Part shown: one piece after another, positions 1 to 13,591 of the stretch
Layout: every line of letters begins with the position of its first letter
Position numbering within the stretch: the stretch's first letter is position 1
DNA from: Verrucomicrobia bacterium UBA3783
Lineage (GTDB): Bacteria; Verrucomicrobiota; Kiritimatiellia; RFP12; UBA1067
DNA: 49,403 nucleotides
Assembly: GCA_002369235.1 (NCBI GenBank)
Contig: DFFF01000035.1
Coordinates: 3,284 to 52,686, forward strand
Direction: 5' to 3'
Notes under the pieces: generated by a model
Seen by the model: the letters and a program-made list of their open reading frames with translations, nothing else
Database searches by the model: none
What the model was told of the DNA's origin: nothing
Made by a program: the position numbers and the translations under genes

Positions 1-1361
<1,361 letters not shown>

Positions 1362-1362
<1 letters not shown>

Positions 1363-2567
1363 CAGTCTTCCCTCCATTTTATGTAGCGGACCTTCTTGTC
1401 CTTCACATAGCACTCTGCCGACGCGACATGCTTCATGCCCATCGATTCGCCGGTGATCTTGAGTTTGAAAATACTCTCGCCCGACGGCTTGTACACGAGA
1501 TAGTTCGCCGCCTCGCTGCCGAGCTGCACCCCGTCGTCGATCCGGCTGATGACATCCGCCCAGTCCGAATACGGCCACGAAGAGCGGGATTCGTCGACGT
1601 TCGCCCGGTCCGGCATTTTGGCGAGCCCGTCGAGTATCGCCTGCGCCGCCGCACGGCTGTTTTCAAGCTGCTCGTCGTCGTCTTCGTCGAAGATCCCCGG
1701 CACCGAAAGCAGCTGCTCGACCGTGCAGCTGTTGACATTGACCTTGGCCGACCCCGTGACGCCGAAAAGCTTCGCCAGCCCCGTGACGCTTATCTGGTCG
1801 TCCTTCTTGGCCCAAGGATTGATGATGCCGCCGGTCAGGACGGCGGGATAGTCCTTGAACCCGCGCACGTAGCCAAGCTCCTGAATGTCGGGAATCGCGC
1901 CGTTGCGCGGGAAGCGGCGGTCTTCGTCCTCCACCTTGTCCTCGTCGTATTCGTTCTTGTACCACGTCTTTTCCGCGCCCAGATCCTCGCCGTCGATCAC
2001 GGTGGAAACGTCGTCCTCGTCGCGCCAATCGTTCCAGCCGGCGATCAAAAGGCTCCACAGCTTCACCGTGCCGTCTTTTTCGGTCTCCAGCTCCTCGGGG
2101 ATGCCGTGCGTCTGGAAAATCATCTCCAGACGCGTGCGGTAGTTCTGGTCGCGGTCGGCGCAGAGTTCGTTGATGTTGATGGCGTTTTCCGCGCCGGCGT
2201 CGACAAGCTCGATCTCCACGGTGACGGTGCCGGATTCCGGGTTGTCGGCATCGGGCAGGATCGGGCCGACAACGCACCTGGACGCCGTCTTGAGCTCGCG
2301 CTTCTCCAGCAGCCAGCGATCGTCCTCGAGCAGTTTTTCAAGGTCTTCGTCCTCCGACCAGTCGGGGGCGTCGGAATAGCCGCACAGCACGACTTCGGCG
2401 AGGTGGCGGCCGGCTTCGACGAGCCGGATAGTCCGGTTGCGCTCGCGCACGTAGACGTTGATGCCGGACTGCAAGTGGGCCTCGGTCGCGAACGACAGCA
2501 CCATGATCGAAAGGACGGCGATTATCCAAAGCGCCATCAATAGCGCGGATCCGCGGCGGCAAATCAT
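1362..2567 (-). CDS. gspK: type II secretion minor pseudopilin, GspK-like
   Basis: ORF 1362..3110 trimmed to ATG 2567 ([26 protein letters not shown]). It has a hydrophobic N-terminus without Glu5, as in GspK. The C-terminal [17 protein letters not shown]...AAQAILDG segment looks like a helix-hairpin-helix. It is the last gene of a G-H-I-J-K order. Confidence 0.72.
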
Positions 2568-3391
2568 CCCGCCCCCCTTCCACGGCGGAGACCGCCGCCT
2601 CCGCGGTTGCCGCCGCCGCCCTCTTCGCCGGGCGTCCGCGCACCGTCCTGCGCCTGCTCGTAGATCGGAATCGTGACAATCCGCATCAGCGGCGCGGTGT
2701 TCGTGCGATAGCTGCGGCCTTCGGGGTCGGCCATGCGAAACGTCAACTGCACTTTGTAGGGTACGGAATTGGACGCATCGAAAACATCCTCGAACTTGCT
2801 GCCGTCGGATTCCGACTCCACTTGCCCATTGGACTTCAGCACCTTGCAGTCGAACCCGACGATCCCGTCGGCTATCAAGACCGGCTGGTAAAGTTCGTCG
2901 TTCGCGAAAGAGTAGTCGATATCCTGGTTCGACGCATGTTCGGCGGAGCGCAGTTTCACGTCCGGGCACTGGCGCGCATAAAGGCCGGTCACTTCGATAG
3001 GCTCTTTGTAGTCGCTGTCGCCCTCTTCGAGGATCATCACCTGGACGCGGTGGACGGTGTCGGCCACGGCGTTTTTGGTGCCGACGATCGCCGCGCCCGT
3101 CTTGGACCATTCGATCACATCGCTGTCGCCGGGCTTTTCGCCGTCGCCGTTGTCGGCAAGCACGAAACCGTAATCGTAGGTCTGGCTGCCGTCATGGGGG
3201 TAATACATGCTGCGCAGGCCGGCGACGAGCTGGTTGAGCGCGAAATCGGTGCGCTGCATCTTGTCCATATAGTCGGCGGAAATCTGCCAGCCGTTGCTCA
3301 CCGAATTGAACGTAAGCACGCTGAGCGCGGTGAGCACGCCCACGAGGACGGTCGCGAGGAGCATTTCCACCATGGTGAAGGCTCGTCTCAT
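2564..3391 (-). CDS. gspJ: type II secretion minor pseudopilin, GspJ-like
   Basis: ORF 2564..3610 trimmed to ATG 3391 (MRRAFTMVEMLLATVLVGVL), a prepilin-type N-terminal methylation motif with Glu5. It has ATGA overlaps on both sides. There is a Gly/Arg-rich C-terminal tail ([18 protein letters not shown]). Confidence 0.62.
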   Translation of the reverse strand: MRRAFTMVEMLLATVLVGVLTALSVLTFNSVSNGWQISADYMDKMQRTDFALNQLVAGLRSMYYPHDGSQTYDYGFVLADNGDGEKPGDSDVIEWSKTGAAIVGTKNAVADTVHRVQVMILEEGDSDYKEPIEVTGLYARQCPDVKLRSAEHASNQDIDYSFANDELYQPVLIADGIVGFDCKVLKSNGQVESESDGSKFEDVFDASNSVPYKVQLTFRMADPEGRSYRTNTAPLMRIVTIPIYEQAQDGARTPGEEGGGGNRGGGGLRRGRGAG

Positions 3392-3840
3392 TGCGCCGGC
3401 TTCCTCCAGAAAGTTACATAGCTCTCCTCTTCGCCGTTGCCGCGGCGGCGGTCGCCCCACCGCACCGTCACGCGCACCGTGTACAGTCCGCCAAGCCGCT
3501 TTATCTCGTCTTCGTCGTTGCGGTTCAGGGCCTCGCGCTCCCAAGTGTAGGTGCGGTACTTCTCGTATTGCCCGCTGGAAAGCCGCTCGTTGCCCGCGAA
3601 CTTCTCCCAAAGCTCAGTCGCCTTCGTCTCGCGCACATCGAGATCCTTCTCCGGATCCTGCACATCCGAAAGCGGATAGGCCATATCGCCGAAATCCATC
3701 ACTTCCTGCGCGGTTTCGAGATAAGTGGATGAAATCATCATTTGCTGCGCCTGGGTCATCGAGACGATAATCGACATCAGCCCCACGCCCAGGATGATCG
3801 AGGCGATCAGCACTTCCAGCAGAGTGAAGCCGCCGCGCAT
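3388..3840 (-). CDS. gspI: type II secretion minor pseudopilin, GspI-like
   Basis: ORF 3388..3903 trimmed to ATG 3840 (MRGGFTLLEVLIASIILGVGL), a prepilin-type motif. Its size (150 aa) and position fit GspI. Confidence 0.62.
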   Translation of the reverse strand: MRGGFTLLEVLIASIILGVGLMSIIVSMTQAQQMMISSTYLETAQEVMDFGDMAYPLSDVQDPEKDLDVRETKATELWEKFAGNERLSSGQYEKYRTYTWEREALNRNDEDEIKRLGGLYTVRVTVRWGDRRRGNGEEESYVTFWRKPAQ

Positions 3841-4634
3841 CAGTCTTCGTCCTCTCCCTTGGCGAGAACTTTCGCCGCCCCGAAACGGTCGACCTTGATG
3901 CACAGGCCGTTTTCGGGCTTGGAGCCGTCGGCATAGACGTAAACCCGGTGAGGCTCGGTGCGGCCGTTGGCCTCCCAGACGATCGAGACCGGCGACTGTT
4001 CGCCGTCGTCCGCCGGCACCGCGGCTTCGGCAGAGGACACGCCAGCCGCCGCGTCCTCCGTCTTGCCGGAAGAGGCGTCCCTGAACTTCCCCAGGATGTA
4101 GTCCACATTGGAGAAGACGGAGATCCGCGGTTTTGCGGCTGTGGATTGAGCTTCGTCAAGTTCTTCGCCGCTCGTCAGGACTTTGATTTTCACGCCGCGC
4201 ACCACATCTTCGGCGATGGGCGCAAAAAGCACTTCTTCCACCGACTGCCCCTCCCGTACCGAATCGCCGGTATTGGACGGAGCGGATTCGCCGCCGCTTG
4301 CGCCTGATGGGTCGCCGCCGATATTGACCGTGCGGCCGTCGAGCGTGGCGGCGACTATATTCTTGGAGGTGTCCAGAATCTTCGCGCCGGTGATGGCGAT
4401 CTTGGCGGCATGGCCGTCATCGGTCTTTTCGGTAGAATATGTAATCACGACCGGCTCGCCGGACAAGAGCGCGGTAGACCTCGCATGGCGGATCGACGCG
4501 AATATGTCGCGCGTCGCGCCTTTGATGCGCACCGCGCCCTGGCCCGATCTCACGCTGAGGACGCTCGCGGTCACCATCGCCGCCATGATGGCGATGATCA
4601 CCAGAAGCTCAATCAGCGTGAAACCACGGCGCAC
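3840..4634 (-). CDS. gspH: type II secretion minor pseudopilin, GspH-like, with an acidic C-terminal extension
   Basis: GTG start at 4634 (track: MRRGFTLIELLVIIAIMAAM). The GATRDIFASIRHARSTALLSGEPVVITY segment resembles the GspH/FimT domain. Confidence 0.62.
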   Translation of the reverse strand: MRRGFTLIELLVIIAIMAAMVTASVLSVRSGQGAVRIKGATRDIFASIRHARSTALLSGEPVVITYSTEKTDDGHAAKIAITGAKILDTSKNIVAATLDGRTVNIGGDPSGASGGESAPSNTGDSVREGQSVEEVLFAPIAEDVVRGVKIKVLTSGEELDEAQSTAAKPRISVFSNVDYILGKFRDASSGKTEDAAAGVSSAEAAVPADDGEQSPVSIVWEANGRTEPHRVYVYADGSKPENGLCIKVDRFGAAKVLAKGEDED

Positions 4635-4637
4635 CGC

Positions 4638-5054
4638 TTATTTTTTCTTGTCGCTGCGGATATCGTCTTCGGTTCCGAACTCGCCGTCCGGCCCGGCCGA
4701 AATGACGACAAAGCGCTTGCCGCGCTGTTCGTATCTAAGCTCGTTGTCCCAAGGGTCGTTGATCGCCTTTTCGCCGCCGTCGATGATCGGCGGATCGTCG
4801 TCGCTGCCTTCGACCAGTTGCGAAAGCGAGCTGGGCATCTTCTTGTTTTTGATGTAGTAGCTGGTGACCGCCTCGCTCACCGCCTGCACCGTGGACTTCG
4901 CCGCCGTTTCGTTGGCCTTGTCGATATGCGCCTTGACGTTCTGCACCGCGATGGTGCCGAGGATGCCGAGGATCGCCACGACGACGAGCAGTTCGACGAG
5001 CGTAAAGCCGCGGCGGAGATTTTCGCGGAATTCATGCTTTTCCATTTTGTCCAT
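4638..5054 (-). CDS. gspG: type II secretion major pseudopilin GspG
   Basis: RRGFTLVELLVVVAILGILG prepilin motif plus the C-terminal DPWDNELRY...ISAGPDGEFGTEDDI signature of GspG. An alternative ATG at 5045 (MEKHEF) has better spacing to a GAAAGG SD. Confidence 0.88.
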   Translation of the reverse strand: MDKMEKHEFRENLRRGFTLVELLVVVAILGILGTIAVQNVKAHIDKANETAAKSTVQAVSEAVTSYYIKNKKMPSSLSQLVEGSDDDPPIIDGGEKAINDPWDNELRYEQRGKRFVVISAGPDGEFGTEDDIRSDKKK

Positions 5055-5061
5055 CCTTTCT

Positions 5062-6258
5062 TTAGAGTGCCTTTTTGAAACGCTCGATCGCCTCGAGGAC
5101 GTTCGCGCGGGAATTGAACGACGAAATGCGGATATAACCCTCGCCTGCCTTGCCGAATCCGGCGCCTGGCGTGGTGACGATGTTCGCGCCTTTGAGGAGT
5201 TTGTCGAAGAACTCCCAGCTGTCGCCCTTCACGTTCACCCAGAGATACGGACTGTCGCCGCCGCCGGTCACTTCGTAGCCGAGCGCGACGAGCGCCTCTT
5301 TCATCAGCCTGCCGTTTTCGAGGTAGAAATCGATCGTCTCCCTCGTCTGGCGCCGACCTTCTTCGCTGTAGACCGCCTCCGCGCCGCGCTGGGTGATGTA
5401 GCTCGCGCCGTTGAACTTGGTCGTCTGGCGGCGCGTCCACATCGGGCGCAGTTCCACCGCATTGCCGACTGCGTCGTAAGCGACCAGCTCGCGCGGCACG
5501 ACCGTATAGCCGCAGCGAATGCCGGTGAAGCCGGCAGTCTTCGAGTAGGAACGGAACTCCATCGCGCATGTCCTGGCGCCCTTGCACTCGAAGATCGAAT
5601 GCGGAATGCCGGGCGTGCGGATGAACGCTTCGTAGGCGGCGTCGAAAAGGATGAGCGCCTTTTTGGCGTTCGCCCAATCCACCCAGGCCTGAAGCTGTTC
5701 CCTGGTCGCGACCGCGCCCGTGGGATTGTTGGGGTAGCAAAGGTATACGATGTCGGCGTCGAGCTCCGGCGTCGGCGCCGGCACATAGCGATTCTCCTTC
5801 GTGCAAGGCAGAAGCGTGATGTCGTGCCGTCCGGCCATGATGTTGGTGTCCACATAGACGGGATACACGGGATCGCCCACCGCAATCTTCACGTCCGGAC
5901 CGAAGAGTTCCTGGATATTGCCGCAATCGCATTTGGCGCCGTCGGAAACGAGTATCTCGTCGGCTTGGATGTCCATTCCGCGATCCTGGAAATCGACTTT
6001 CGCGATTTTCTCGCGCAGGAACGCATAGCCCTGCTCGGGTCCGTAGCCATGGAAGTTTTCGCGTCCCGCTTCATCGTCCACCGCCTTGTGCATGGCCTCG
6101 ATGACCGCGGGGCAGAGCGGCTCGGTGACGTCGCCGATCCCAAGGCGGATGATGTTCGCGCCGGGATTCGCCGCCTTGTGAGCGGACACGCGGTGGGCAA
6201 TCTCCGCGAAGAGATATGTGGGCTTTATTTTCGAGTAGTTTTCGTTTACGTGCAACAT
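5062..6258 (-). CDS. dapL: LL-diaminopimelate aminotransferase
   Basis: [20 protein letters not shown]...[12 protein letters not shown]...[14 protein letters not shown]. The full-length sequence resembles DapL-type class I aminotransferases. Confidence 0.88.
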   Translation of the reverse strand: MLHVNENYSKIKPTYLFAEIAHRVSAHKAANPGANIIRLGIGDVTEPLCPAVIEAMHKAVDDEAGRENFHGYGPEQGYAFLREKIAKVDFQDRGMDIQADEILVSDGAKCDCGNIQELFGPDVKIAVGDPVYPVYVDTNIMAGRHDITLLPCTKENRYVPAPTPELDADIVYLCYPNNPTGAVATREQLQAWVDWANAKKALILFDAAYEAFIRTPGIPHSIFECKGARTCAMEFRSYSKTAGFTGIRCGYTVVPRELVAYDAVGNAVELRPMWTRRQTTKFNGASYITQRGAEAVYSEEGRRQTRETIDFYLENGRLMKEALVALGYEVTGGGDSPYLWVNVKGDSWEFFDKLLKGANIVTTPGAGFGKAGEGYIRISSFNSRANVLEAIERFKKAL

Positions 6259-6259
6259 G

Positions 6260-7783
6260 TCATCTGTCCTTGTCTTTTCTGAAATCGATGTGCGGCAGAA
6301 AACCTTCGATCGCGGCTATCTCCACGAAGAAAAGCGAAATGATCGCCGGCGACCGCATCGGGCAATCGCCCAGCGAATGCAGCAGCGTGCAAACCGCCGC
6401 CACGACGACCGAGAACGCGCCCGCCGGGAACGCGAAGAGCGAATGCGGTTGCGGCGGCTGTCTTGACGGCGGAGCGAATCTCGCCGTCTGCGCGAGTGCG
6501 CGCCAGGTCTTCGCAGCGGGCATGAACAATATCGACAGTATCGCAATCAGCAGCCCTGCGCCCACCGCGCCATGCTCCGCCAGAAGCTGGAGGAAATCGT
6601 TGTGGACGTTCGCATTGCCCACCGGCCAGAGGTTCTTCTTTTCCTGCTCAGTCATGCGCGAATAGCAAAAGTGCTGATAGCCCTCGCCGCCGCAGCCGAA
6701 GAGCTTGTGTTCGCGCCACAGCTGGATCGCGATTCTGGGGTGGTAGTCGCCCTTGCCGGTCATGCGCACGAGCAATTCGTCGGCGTTTACGGACTTCATT
6801 TCGCTATTGACGTTGTCCGGCATGAACGCCATTATCGCCACAGCCGCGAGGATCGCCGCGCCGCCAATATATGCACCCGTCCGGACGCGCTCGGCTTTTT
6901 TGAGTTTGTGCATGAACGAAACCGCCGCATGGGTCAAGAGCAAAACCGCCGCCGCCGAAGCGAGCAGGATGCACGCCCGCGAGAGCGTCGCCACTACAGC
7001 CAAAAGGAGAATCGCCGCCGGAATGAGATTGCGGTGCTTGAGCCAGAAAAGCCGGTGCTTGGATATGCGGCGCGTCTTTTGCAGCGCAAGCTCCAGGTCG
7101 CACAACTCAATCTGATAGCGCCAAAGCCCCAAAGCGAGACAGAAAAGCGTCGTGAACATGTCTCCGGCCATGTTAGGATAGCCAAAGGTCGCAAAGAAAT
7201 AGGAGTCTGCGATGTAAGTGCCGCGCAACGGCTGCCACAGCGGGCCTGGCGCATCGCAAAGCTGCTGCACGAATCCCAGCACCGCGATGAGCGCACCATT
7301 CACGACGAGCATCTGCAGCAGCAGCACCTTCCCGTCACGGTTGAGCGCGTGTTTCACCGCAAGCATCGCCGTAAGCGCCGGACCATACCACAGAAACACG
7401 GAAAGGTGGTCTGCGGCATTCACGCAAAACGGCAGGAATCCCACATCCGGCGCAGGATTCTCGCCGTTGGCGATTGCCGCCGCGTCGCACATCGGGCATA
7501 ATCCCTGGTTCGCGAACGCAATCCCCATAAGCCCCAGAAACGCGACTGAAAGCCACAGCAGCGGATCGCGCCGCAGATCTTCCCAGAGCCTTTCGCGAGC
7601 CGAATAGGAATTCTCGTCCTTGCGGCGCTGCGGGAAAAACAGCATCGCCTCGAAAACGAAAAACCAAAGCCACGGAATCACTTTCAGATTCATGTCCGGA
7701 CGCATCCCGCCGAACAGCCACTCGTACGCGGCCGTAAGCAGGAAAACCGCAATCACGGCAATATTACTGCGCAGAAACGACAT
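6260..7783 (-). CDS. O-antigen ligase/polymerase-like (Wzy_C-type) polytopic membrane protein
   Basis: Multi-pass hydrophobic protein with a [10 protein letters not shown]...[21 protein letters not shown] loop typical of the O-antigen ligase family. ATG at 7783; the track start at 7792 is TTG. Confidence 0.6.
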   Translation of the reverse strand: MSFLRSNIAVIAVFLLTAAYEWLFGGMRPDMNLKVIPWLWFFVFEAMLFFPQRRKDENSYSARERLWEDLRRDPLLWLSVAFLGLMGIAFANQGLCPMCDAAAIANGENPAPDVGFLPFCVNAADHLSVFLWYGPALTAMLAVKHALNRDGKVLLLQMLVVNGALIAVLGFVQQLCDAPGPLWQPLRGTYIADSYFFATFGYPNMAGDMFTTLFCLALGLWRYQIELCDLELALQKTRRISKHRLFWLKHRNLIPAAILLLAVVATLSRACILLASAAAVLLLTHAAVSFMHKLKKAERVRTGAYIGGAAILAAVAIMAFMPDNVNSEMKSVNADELLVRMTGKGDYHPRIAIQLWREHKLFGCGGEGYQHFCYSRMTEQEKKNLWPVGNANVHNDFLQLLAEHGAVGAGLLIAILSILFMPAAKTWRALAQTARFAPPSRQPPQPHSLFAFPAGAFSVVVAAVCTLLHSLGDCPMRSPAIISLFFVEIAAIEGFLPHIDFRKDKDR

Positions 7784-8834
7784 ATTCCACAACCTTTCCC
7801 GCCGCTTCGCTTTCGGGGACTTTCCCGACCGCCTTCCCCTTCACGAACAGCATAAATTCGCCGTCACCGCCGCAAAGCGCCACATCGGCGCCTTTCGCTT
7901 CGCCAGGTCCGTTGACGACGCATCCCATCACGGCCACATGGGGATATTTGTCCAGCTTGAGTTTTTCGAGCGCATCTTCAACTTCCGCCGCCACTTTGAA
8001 GACATTGGCGCGGGTCCGGCCGCAAGTTGGGCAGCTCGTCACCGAAGGCCCCGGCTTGCGCAGCGCGAGCGAGCGCAAAATCTCCGCGCCAACCCGCACT
8101 TCCTTCTCAGGCTCGGCGGTAAGCGACACCCGGATCGTATCGCCGATTCCTTCCGACAGCAGAATCCCCAACGCCACCGACGACCGCACCGTGCCGGGAA
8201 TGAATGTTCCTGCCTCGGTCACGCCAAGGTGCAGCGGGCAGTCGGTCTTTTCCGCCAAAAGCCTGTATGCGGCGAGCGTGTCGGCCACATTCGACGCCTT
8301 GACGGAAATGGCGATATCGAAGAAGTCCTCGTCTTCGAGCAGTTTCACATGGCGCATCGCGCTTTCGCAAAGCGCCGCCGCCACGCTCGTCCTGCCGCCG
8401 TAGACCGCCTCCGACAAATCTTTCTCGAGGCTCCCCAGATTCACCCCGATGCGAATCGGGGTTTTTGCCGCCTTCGCCGCCCGCGCCACCGCTTGGACTC
8501 TGTCGCGCGTGCCGATATTGCCGGGGTTGAGGCGCAGGGCGTCGGTGCCCGCCTCGATCGCCGCCAACGCGCAGCGGTAGTCGAAGTGGATGTCGGCCAC
8601 GACCGGAAGCGCCATTTTCCGGCGCACAATCCCAAGCGTCTTCGCCGCCTCGACATCCGGCACCGTGAAGCGGATCAGGTCGCACCCCAATTCCGCGCAC
8701 CTGAGCGACTGCGCCAACAGCGCGTCCGCGTCGTGCGGATTCACATTCGCCATCGTCTGGACGCTCACCGGCGCACCGCCGCCGATCGCGAGACTACCGG
8801 CCTTCAGCGCTCTCGTTTGCTGTCTCGTAAACAT
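7764..8834 (-). CDS. ispG: 4-hydroxy-3-methylbut-2-en-1-yl diphosphate synthase
   Basis: GGGAPVSVQTMANV, VADIHFDYRCALAAIEAG, RLNPGNIG and SCPTCGRT motifs of IspG/GcpE. Confidence 0.93.
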   Translation of the reverse strand: MFTRQQTRALKAGSLAIGGGAPVSVQTMANVNPHDADALLAQSLRCAELGCDLIRFTVPDVEAAKTLGIVRRKMALPVVADIHFDYRCALAAIEAGTDALRLNPGNIGTRDRVQAVARAAKAAKTPIRIGVNLGSLEKDLSEAVYGGRTSVAAALCESAMRHVKLLEDEDFFDIAISVKASNVADTLAAYRLLAEKTDCPLHLGVTEAGTFIPGTVRSSVALGILLSEGIGDTIRVSLTAEPEKEVRVGAEILRSLALRKPGPSVTSCPTCGRTRANVFKVAAEVEDALEKLKLDKYPHVAVMGCVVNGPGEAKGADVALCGGDGEFMLFVKGKAVGKVPESEAAGKVVEYVVSAQ

Positions 8835-9945
8835 GTGTATGCATCCTATAACTGCGCATCGAATCGCGGCAAATCAACAACCCCATCAAGCCGAGCAAAA
8901 GCACCATGAATACGATGCTGGAATATTTCACCACGCACTCCGGCACCCTCCGGCGGAATACGATCGCAAAAAGCGAAAACATGATAAGCCCGCCGTCGAG
9001 GACCGGAATGGGCAACAGATTGAGAACCGCGAGATTGACATTCAAATACCGCATGAAGCCGAGGCCGTCGAAGATATCGCGCCTCATACTGCCGTAAATG
9101 CTCTCGGCGATGAGCACCGGACCGCCCAGCGCTTTGGACGTGGCCTTCGCGTCCTTTGGCGTCGCCAGCCCCTTCAAGACCCGGAAGATCGACCCCGCGT
9201 CCCACGCCAGCTGCTTCAATGGATTGCGCGACGGCATCCAGCTCGCCGCCTGGGATGCGCTAGGTTCGCTCAACGCCTTGATGAAGCACGCGCCGGTGAC
9301 GGCGTCGCGCTCCGGCGTCACTTCCACTTCAATCGTCTCGCCGCCGCGCTCGACGGTGAACACCGCGGGCTTTTCTCCGACGATCTGCACCTCGATCGTA
9401 AGGTCGCTCCAAGTCTCGATTGGCCTGCCGCCCACCGCCAGCACGAGATCGCCAGCCGACAGGCCTGCCTTTGCCGCCGGACCGTCTTCAACCACGCTCC
9501 CGATTCGCGGCGGCAAAACTCCGAACTTCGCGCCCGGCGCAAACGAAAGCGCGACCGCCAAGACGACCGCCAGGACGATATTCATCGCCGGGCCCGCAAA
9601 TGCAACCGCCAGTTCCTTCAGCGGCGACGCGGCGACGCGCCGTCCGGTCTCCCCCGATTCACGATTCCCGGCTTCCTCCGCTCCGCTTCCCTCCAGCGCT
9701 TTCGTGCCTTCGGGGTCGAGCTCGGGTATCATCACGTAGCCGCCCAGCGGAATTGCGCTTATCCGGTACTCCACGCCCTTCCATGTCTTTTTCCATAGTG
9801 CAGGCCCGAAGCCGATCGAAAACCGCTCGACCTTGAACCCGAGCTTGAGAGCAACAAGAAAATGGCCAAGTTCGTGGATTGCGATCGCGACCGAAAACAC
9901 CAGGACGCAAAGCGCGATGTAGCCTATCGTGACAAGAATTTCCAT
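8794..9945 (-). CDS. rseP: RIP site-2 zinc metalloprotease (M50, RseP-like)
   Basis: ORF trimmed to ATG 9945 (MEILVTIGY...). It has the HELGHF zinc motif, a PDZ-like middle region and the conserved dxr-rseP-ispG neighbourhood. Confidence 0.85.
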   Translation of the reverse strand: MEILVTIGYIALCVLVFSVAIAIHELGHFLVALKLGFKVERFSIGFGPALWKKTWKGVEYRISAIPLGGYVMIPELDPEGTKALEGSGAEEAGNRESGETGRRVAASPLKELAVAFAGPAMNIVLAVVLAVALSFAPGAKFGVLPPRIGSVVEDGPAAKAGLSAGDLVLAVGGRPIETWSDLTIEVQIVGEKPAVFTVERGGETIEVEVTPERDAVTGACFIKALSEPSASQAASWMPSRNPLKQLAWDAGSIFRVLKGLATPKDAKATSKALGGPVLIAESIYGSMRRDIFDGLGFMRYLNVNLAVLNLLPIPVLDGGLIMFSLFAIVFRRRVPECVVKYSSIVFMVLLLGLMGLLICRDSMRSYRMHTHVYETANESAEGR

Positions 9946-10991
9946 GTCCAGTCGTTGGCCTCCCAAACCGCATCGAGACTGTCGCACTCGAACCGCGGCG
10001 CATGCTCTAGGCACCGCTCCACGCTCGATGCGATTTCTGTATATTTTATCCGTTCATCCAAAAACGCCTGGACGGCCCATTCATCGGCCGCCGCCAAGAC
10101 CGCAGTCATGCAGCCGCCCGCCTCGCACGCCTCTTTGACGAGCCTCAGGCACGGGAAGCGCACCGGGTCGGGGTATTTAAAGGTAAGACTGCCCAGTTTC
10201 GCGAGATCCAGCCGCTCGCGCTCGGCCGGGAGCCGACGCGGCCAGCTCAGTGCATATTGTATCGCCACGCGCATATCCGGCGGCGACAGCTGCGCCAGCG
10301 TCGCCCCGTCTCTGAACGTCACGAGCGAATGGACGATCGACTCCGGGTGCACCACGACTTCGATGTCCTTCACCGGCACATCGAAAAGCCACCGCGCTTC
10401 AAGAATCTCGAAACCCTTGTTCATCATCGTCGATGAATCCACCGTAACCTTGGGACCCATTTTCCAGCGCGGATGGTTCAAAGCCGCCTGCGGCGTAACC
10501 GCCGACAGATCATCCGGCCCGTCGAGGAACGGCCCGCCCGACGCGGTAAGGATGAGTTTGTCGATCTCCGCCGTGTTGGGCACGCGTGTGCACTGGAAAA
10601 TCGCACTGTGCTCGGAATCCACCGGCAGGAATCGCACGCGCCTCGCCGCCGCGGCCTTGGTGACGAGCTCGCCCGCCATGACCATGACCTCTTTCGTCGC
10701 AAGCGCAATATCCATGCCCTTGGCGATCGCCGCCATCGTAGGCTTCAAGCCGCTCATTCCCACCGTCGACACGAGACAGATGTCCGCCTCGTTCTCTTCC
10801 ACGGCTCTGACCGCCGCATCTTCGCCGCAGTAGGCCTTGGCGCCGAACTCCGCCGCGAGCGCCTCGCACTTCTCCTTTGACCGGTGCGCCGCGAGCGCGA
10901 CGATCTTGAAGTCGTCCGGATGAGTGCGCACCACGTCGATCGCATTAAGCCCGATCGACCCAGTGCAGCCAAGTATGATTACTTTCTTCAT
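9924..10991 (-). CDS. dxr: 1-deoxy-D-xylulose 5-phosphate reductoisomerase
   Basis: [21 protein letters not shown]...[11 protein letters not shown]...[12 protein letters not shown] at 10991; the track start at 11003 is TTG and sits 1 nt from the tRNA. Confidence 0.93.
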   Translation of the reverse strand: MKKVIILGCTGSIGLNAIDVVRTHPDDFKIVALAAHRSKEKCEALAAEFGAKAYCGEDAAVRAVEENEADICLVSTVGMSGLKPTMAAIAKGMDIALATKEVMVMAGELVTKAAAARRVRFLPVDSEHSAIFQCTRVPNTAEIDKLILTASGGPFLDGPDDLSAVTPQAALNHPRWKMGPKVTVDSSTMMNKGFEILEARWLFDVPVKDIEVVVHPESIVHSLVTFRDGATLAQLSPPDMRVAIQYALSWPRRLPAERERLDLAKLGSLTFKYPDPVRFPCLRLVKEACEAGGCMTAVLAAADEWAVQAFLDERIKYTEIASSVERCLEHAPRFECDSLDAVWEANDWTWKFLSR

Positions 10992-11004
10992 CCGCGCTTT
11001 CAAT

Positions 11005-11092
<88 letters not shown>

Positions 11093-11108
11093 GTTTTGCC
11101 GCCATGTC

Positions 11109-12131
<1,023 letters not shown>

Positions 12132-12160
12132 CTTGTTTTTCCCTTCGTTTATTATGCCGT

Positions 12161-12189
12161 ATTATACCAAAAATCGCGCCAAAATGCAA
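12161..12189 (-). promoter_or_regulatory. sigma70-like promoter for recA (TTGCAT-17-TATAAT, extended -10 TGG)
   Basis: Minus strand reads TTGCATTTTGGCGCGATTTTTGGTATAAT. It is 29 nt upstream of the recA ATG, with a GAAGGGA SD in between. It is 32 nt identical to the pheS promoter. Confidence 0.62.
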
Positions 12190-12227
12190 TACAAGGCAAG
12201 CGCGAGCGGAAGAAGATGCGAGAAGGA

Positions 12228-12875
12228 TTACTTGAGATATGCGGCGATTGCGGCGGCGATTTTCGCCGCGATGGCATCGCGCACCGCCGGATCGAACGAA
12301 TCGCGGCAACCGTCGGGATGGGTAAGGAAGTCGGCCTCGATCAAGACCGACGGAATTTCCGGCGAGCGCGTGACCGCGAAATTGGCGTGCAGCGACTGGC
12401 AGGGATCAAGCTCCCGCGCTATGGCGTCGGCAAGTTCCTTGCCAAGTCCATTCCAGCTGTAGACTGCGCGATAGCGCGTCGCGAGCGGATCCTTGCCGGC
12501 GGCGGGCGCATTGTGATGCACCGAGACAAAAGCGCGCGCCTTGATGCGGTGGGCCTCGCGCGGCCGGTCGTAAAGCGGCACATCAACATCACTCTCGCGC
12601 GTCATCAGGACTTCCACGCCGGCCGCTTCAAGGTGGCGGCGGATATCGAGCGCGAGGAGCAGATTGGCCTCGCTCTCATAGCGGCCGTCCCAGCCGCGGC
12701 AGCCATGGTTCTTGTCCCCGCCATGTCCGGGATCGAGATAGACGAGTCTGGGGCGTTTGGCGTCAATTGCCGCCGGGACGTCGGATGCGTATTCCAATTT
12801 CGTCCAGACTTTTTCCGGCGGCTCGTTGGTGGTGGAAAAAAGTCCCATCATGGCGAAAAGGATCAATGCGTGCAT
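12228..12875 (-). CDS. N-acetylmuramoyl-L-alanine amidase (Amidase_3 family)
   Basis: [10 protein letters not shown]...[27 protein letters not shown]...AFVSVHHNA...[10 protein letters not shown] motifs of the Amidase_3 family. Confidence 0.8.
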   Translation of the reverse strand: MHALILFAMMGLFSTTNEPPEKVWTKLEYASDVPAAIDAKRPRLVYLDPGHGGDKNHGCRGWDGRYESEANLLLALDIRRHLEAAGVEVLMTRESDVDVPLYDRPREAHRIKARAFVSVHHNAPAAGKDPLATRYRAVYSWNGLGKELADAIARELDPCQSLHANFAVTRSPEIPSVLIEADFLTHPDGCRDSFDPAVRDAIAAKIAAAIAAYLK

Positions 12876-13591
12876 AAAGTCTTGAGTGCGTTTGCGGTGG
12901 TGAGGGCGGCAAAATCCTCGAACTCAGTCTTGCGGAGAGAGGCGAGGAATCGTGCCGTGTGGACCAGGAACGACGGCTCATTGTCCTTGCCGCGCATCGG
13001 CACCGGCGCGAGGAAGGGAGAGTCGGTCTCGATGAGGATGCGGTCGTCGGGCACGACCAACGCGCTTTCGCGGACATTGTCGGCCCTGCGGAAGGTGACG
13101 ATGCCGGAAATGGAAATCATAAATCCCAAATCGAGGAGTTTGCGGCAGAAGTCCGGCGAACCGGTGAAACAATGGATGATGCCGCGCGAAGGAATGCTCT
13201 TGAGCGCACCAAGCGTATCGTCGTCGGCCTCGCGGGTATGGATCACCACCGGCTTGTCCAGACCGGCTGCGAGCTGGAGCTGCCTCTCGAACAGCTCAAG
13301 CTGCTCCTTGCGGTGGTCGGGGTCGTAGAAGTAGTCAAGCCCGATTTCGCCCACGGCGGCGCAATTTCCGTCAAACGGAAAATCTTCCTCCCCGATCTTC
13401 CCATACTGATCACGGTCCCACCCAACGGCGAAGAAGCCGGTTCCTGCCCTCGCTGCGGTTTCGTTTAGTTCCCTGGATCCCCCTACCGCCATGATGCGCG
13501 TGACACCGCATTCCTTGGCGCGGGCGATTTGCGCGCCGATATCGACGCCGGGCATGAAGTGGCAATGGGTATCGAAGAGTTCGGGCGTCAC
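12863..13591 (-). CDS. TatD-family metal-dependent hydrolase
   Basis: [31 protein letters not shown] and [11 protein letters not shown] motifs. There is no ATG near the N-terminus. I infer a GTG start at 13591 that overlaps the GH95 stop (GTGA). The rest of track ORF 12863..14497 overlaps GH95 out of frame. Confidence 0.8.
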   Translation of the reverse strand: MTPELFDTHCHFMPGVDIGAQIARAKECGVTRIMAVGGSRELNETAARAGTGFFAVGWDRDQYGKIGEEDFPFDGNCAAVGEIGLDYFYDPDHRKEQLELFERQLQLAAGLDKPVVIHTREADDDTLGALKSIPSRGIIHCFTGSPDFCRKLLDLGFMISISGIVTFRRADNVRESALVVPDDRILIETDSPFLAPVPMRGKDNEPSFLVHTARFLASLRKTEFEDFAALTTANALKTLCTH

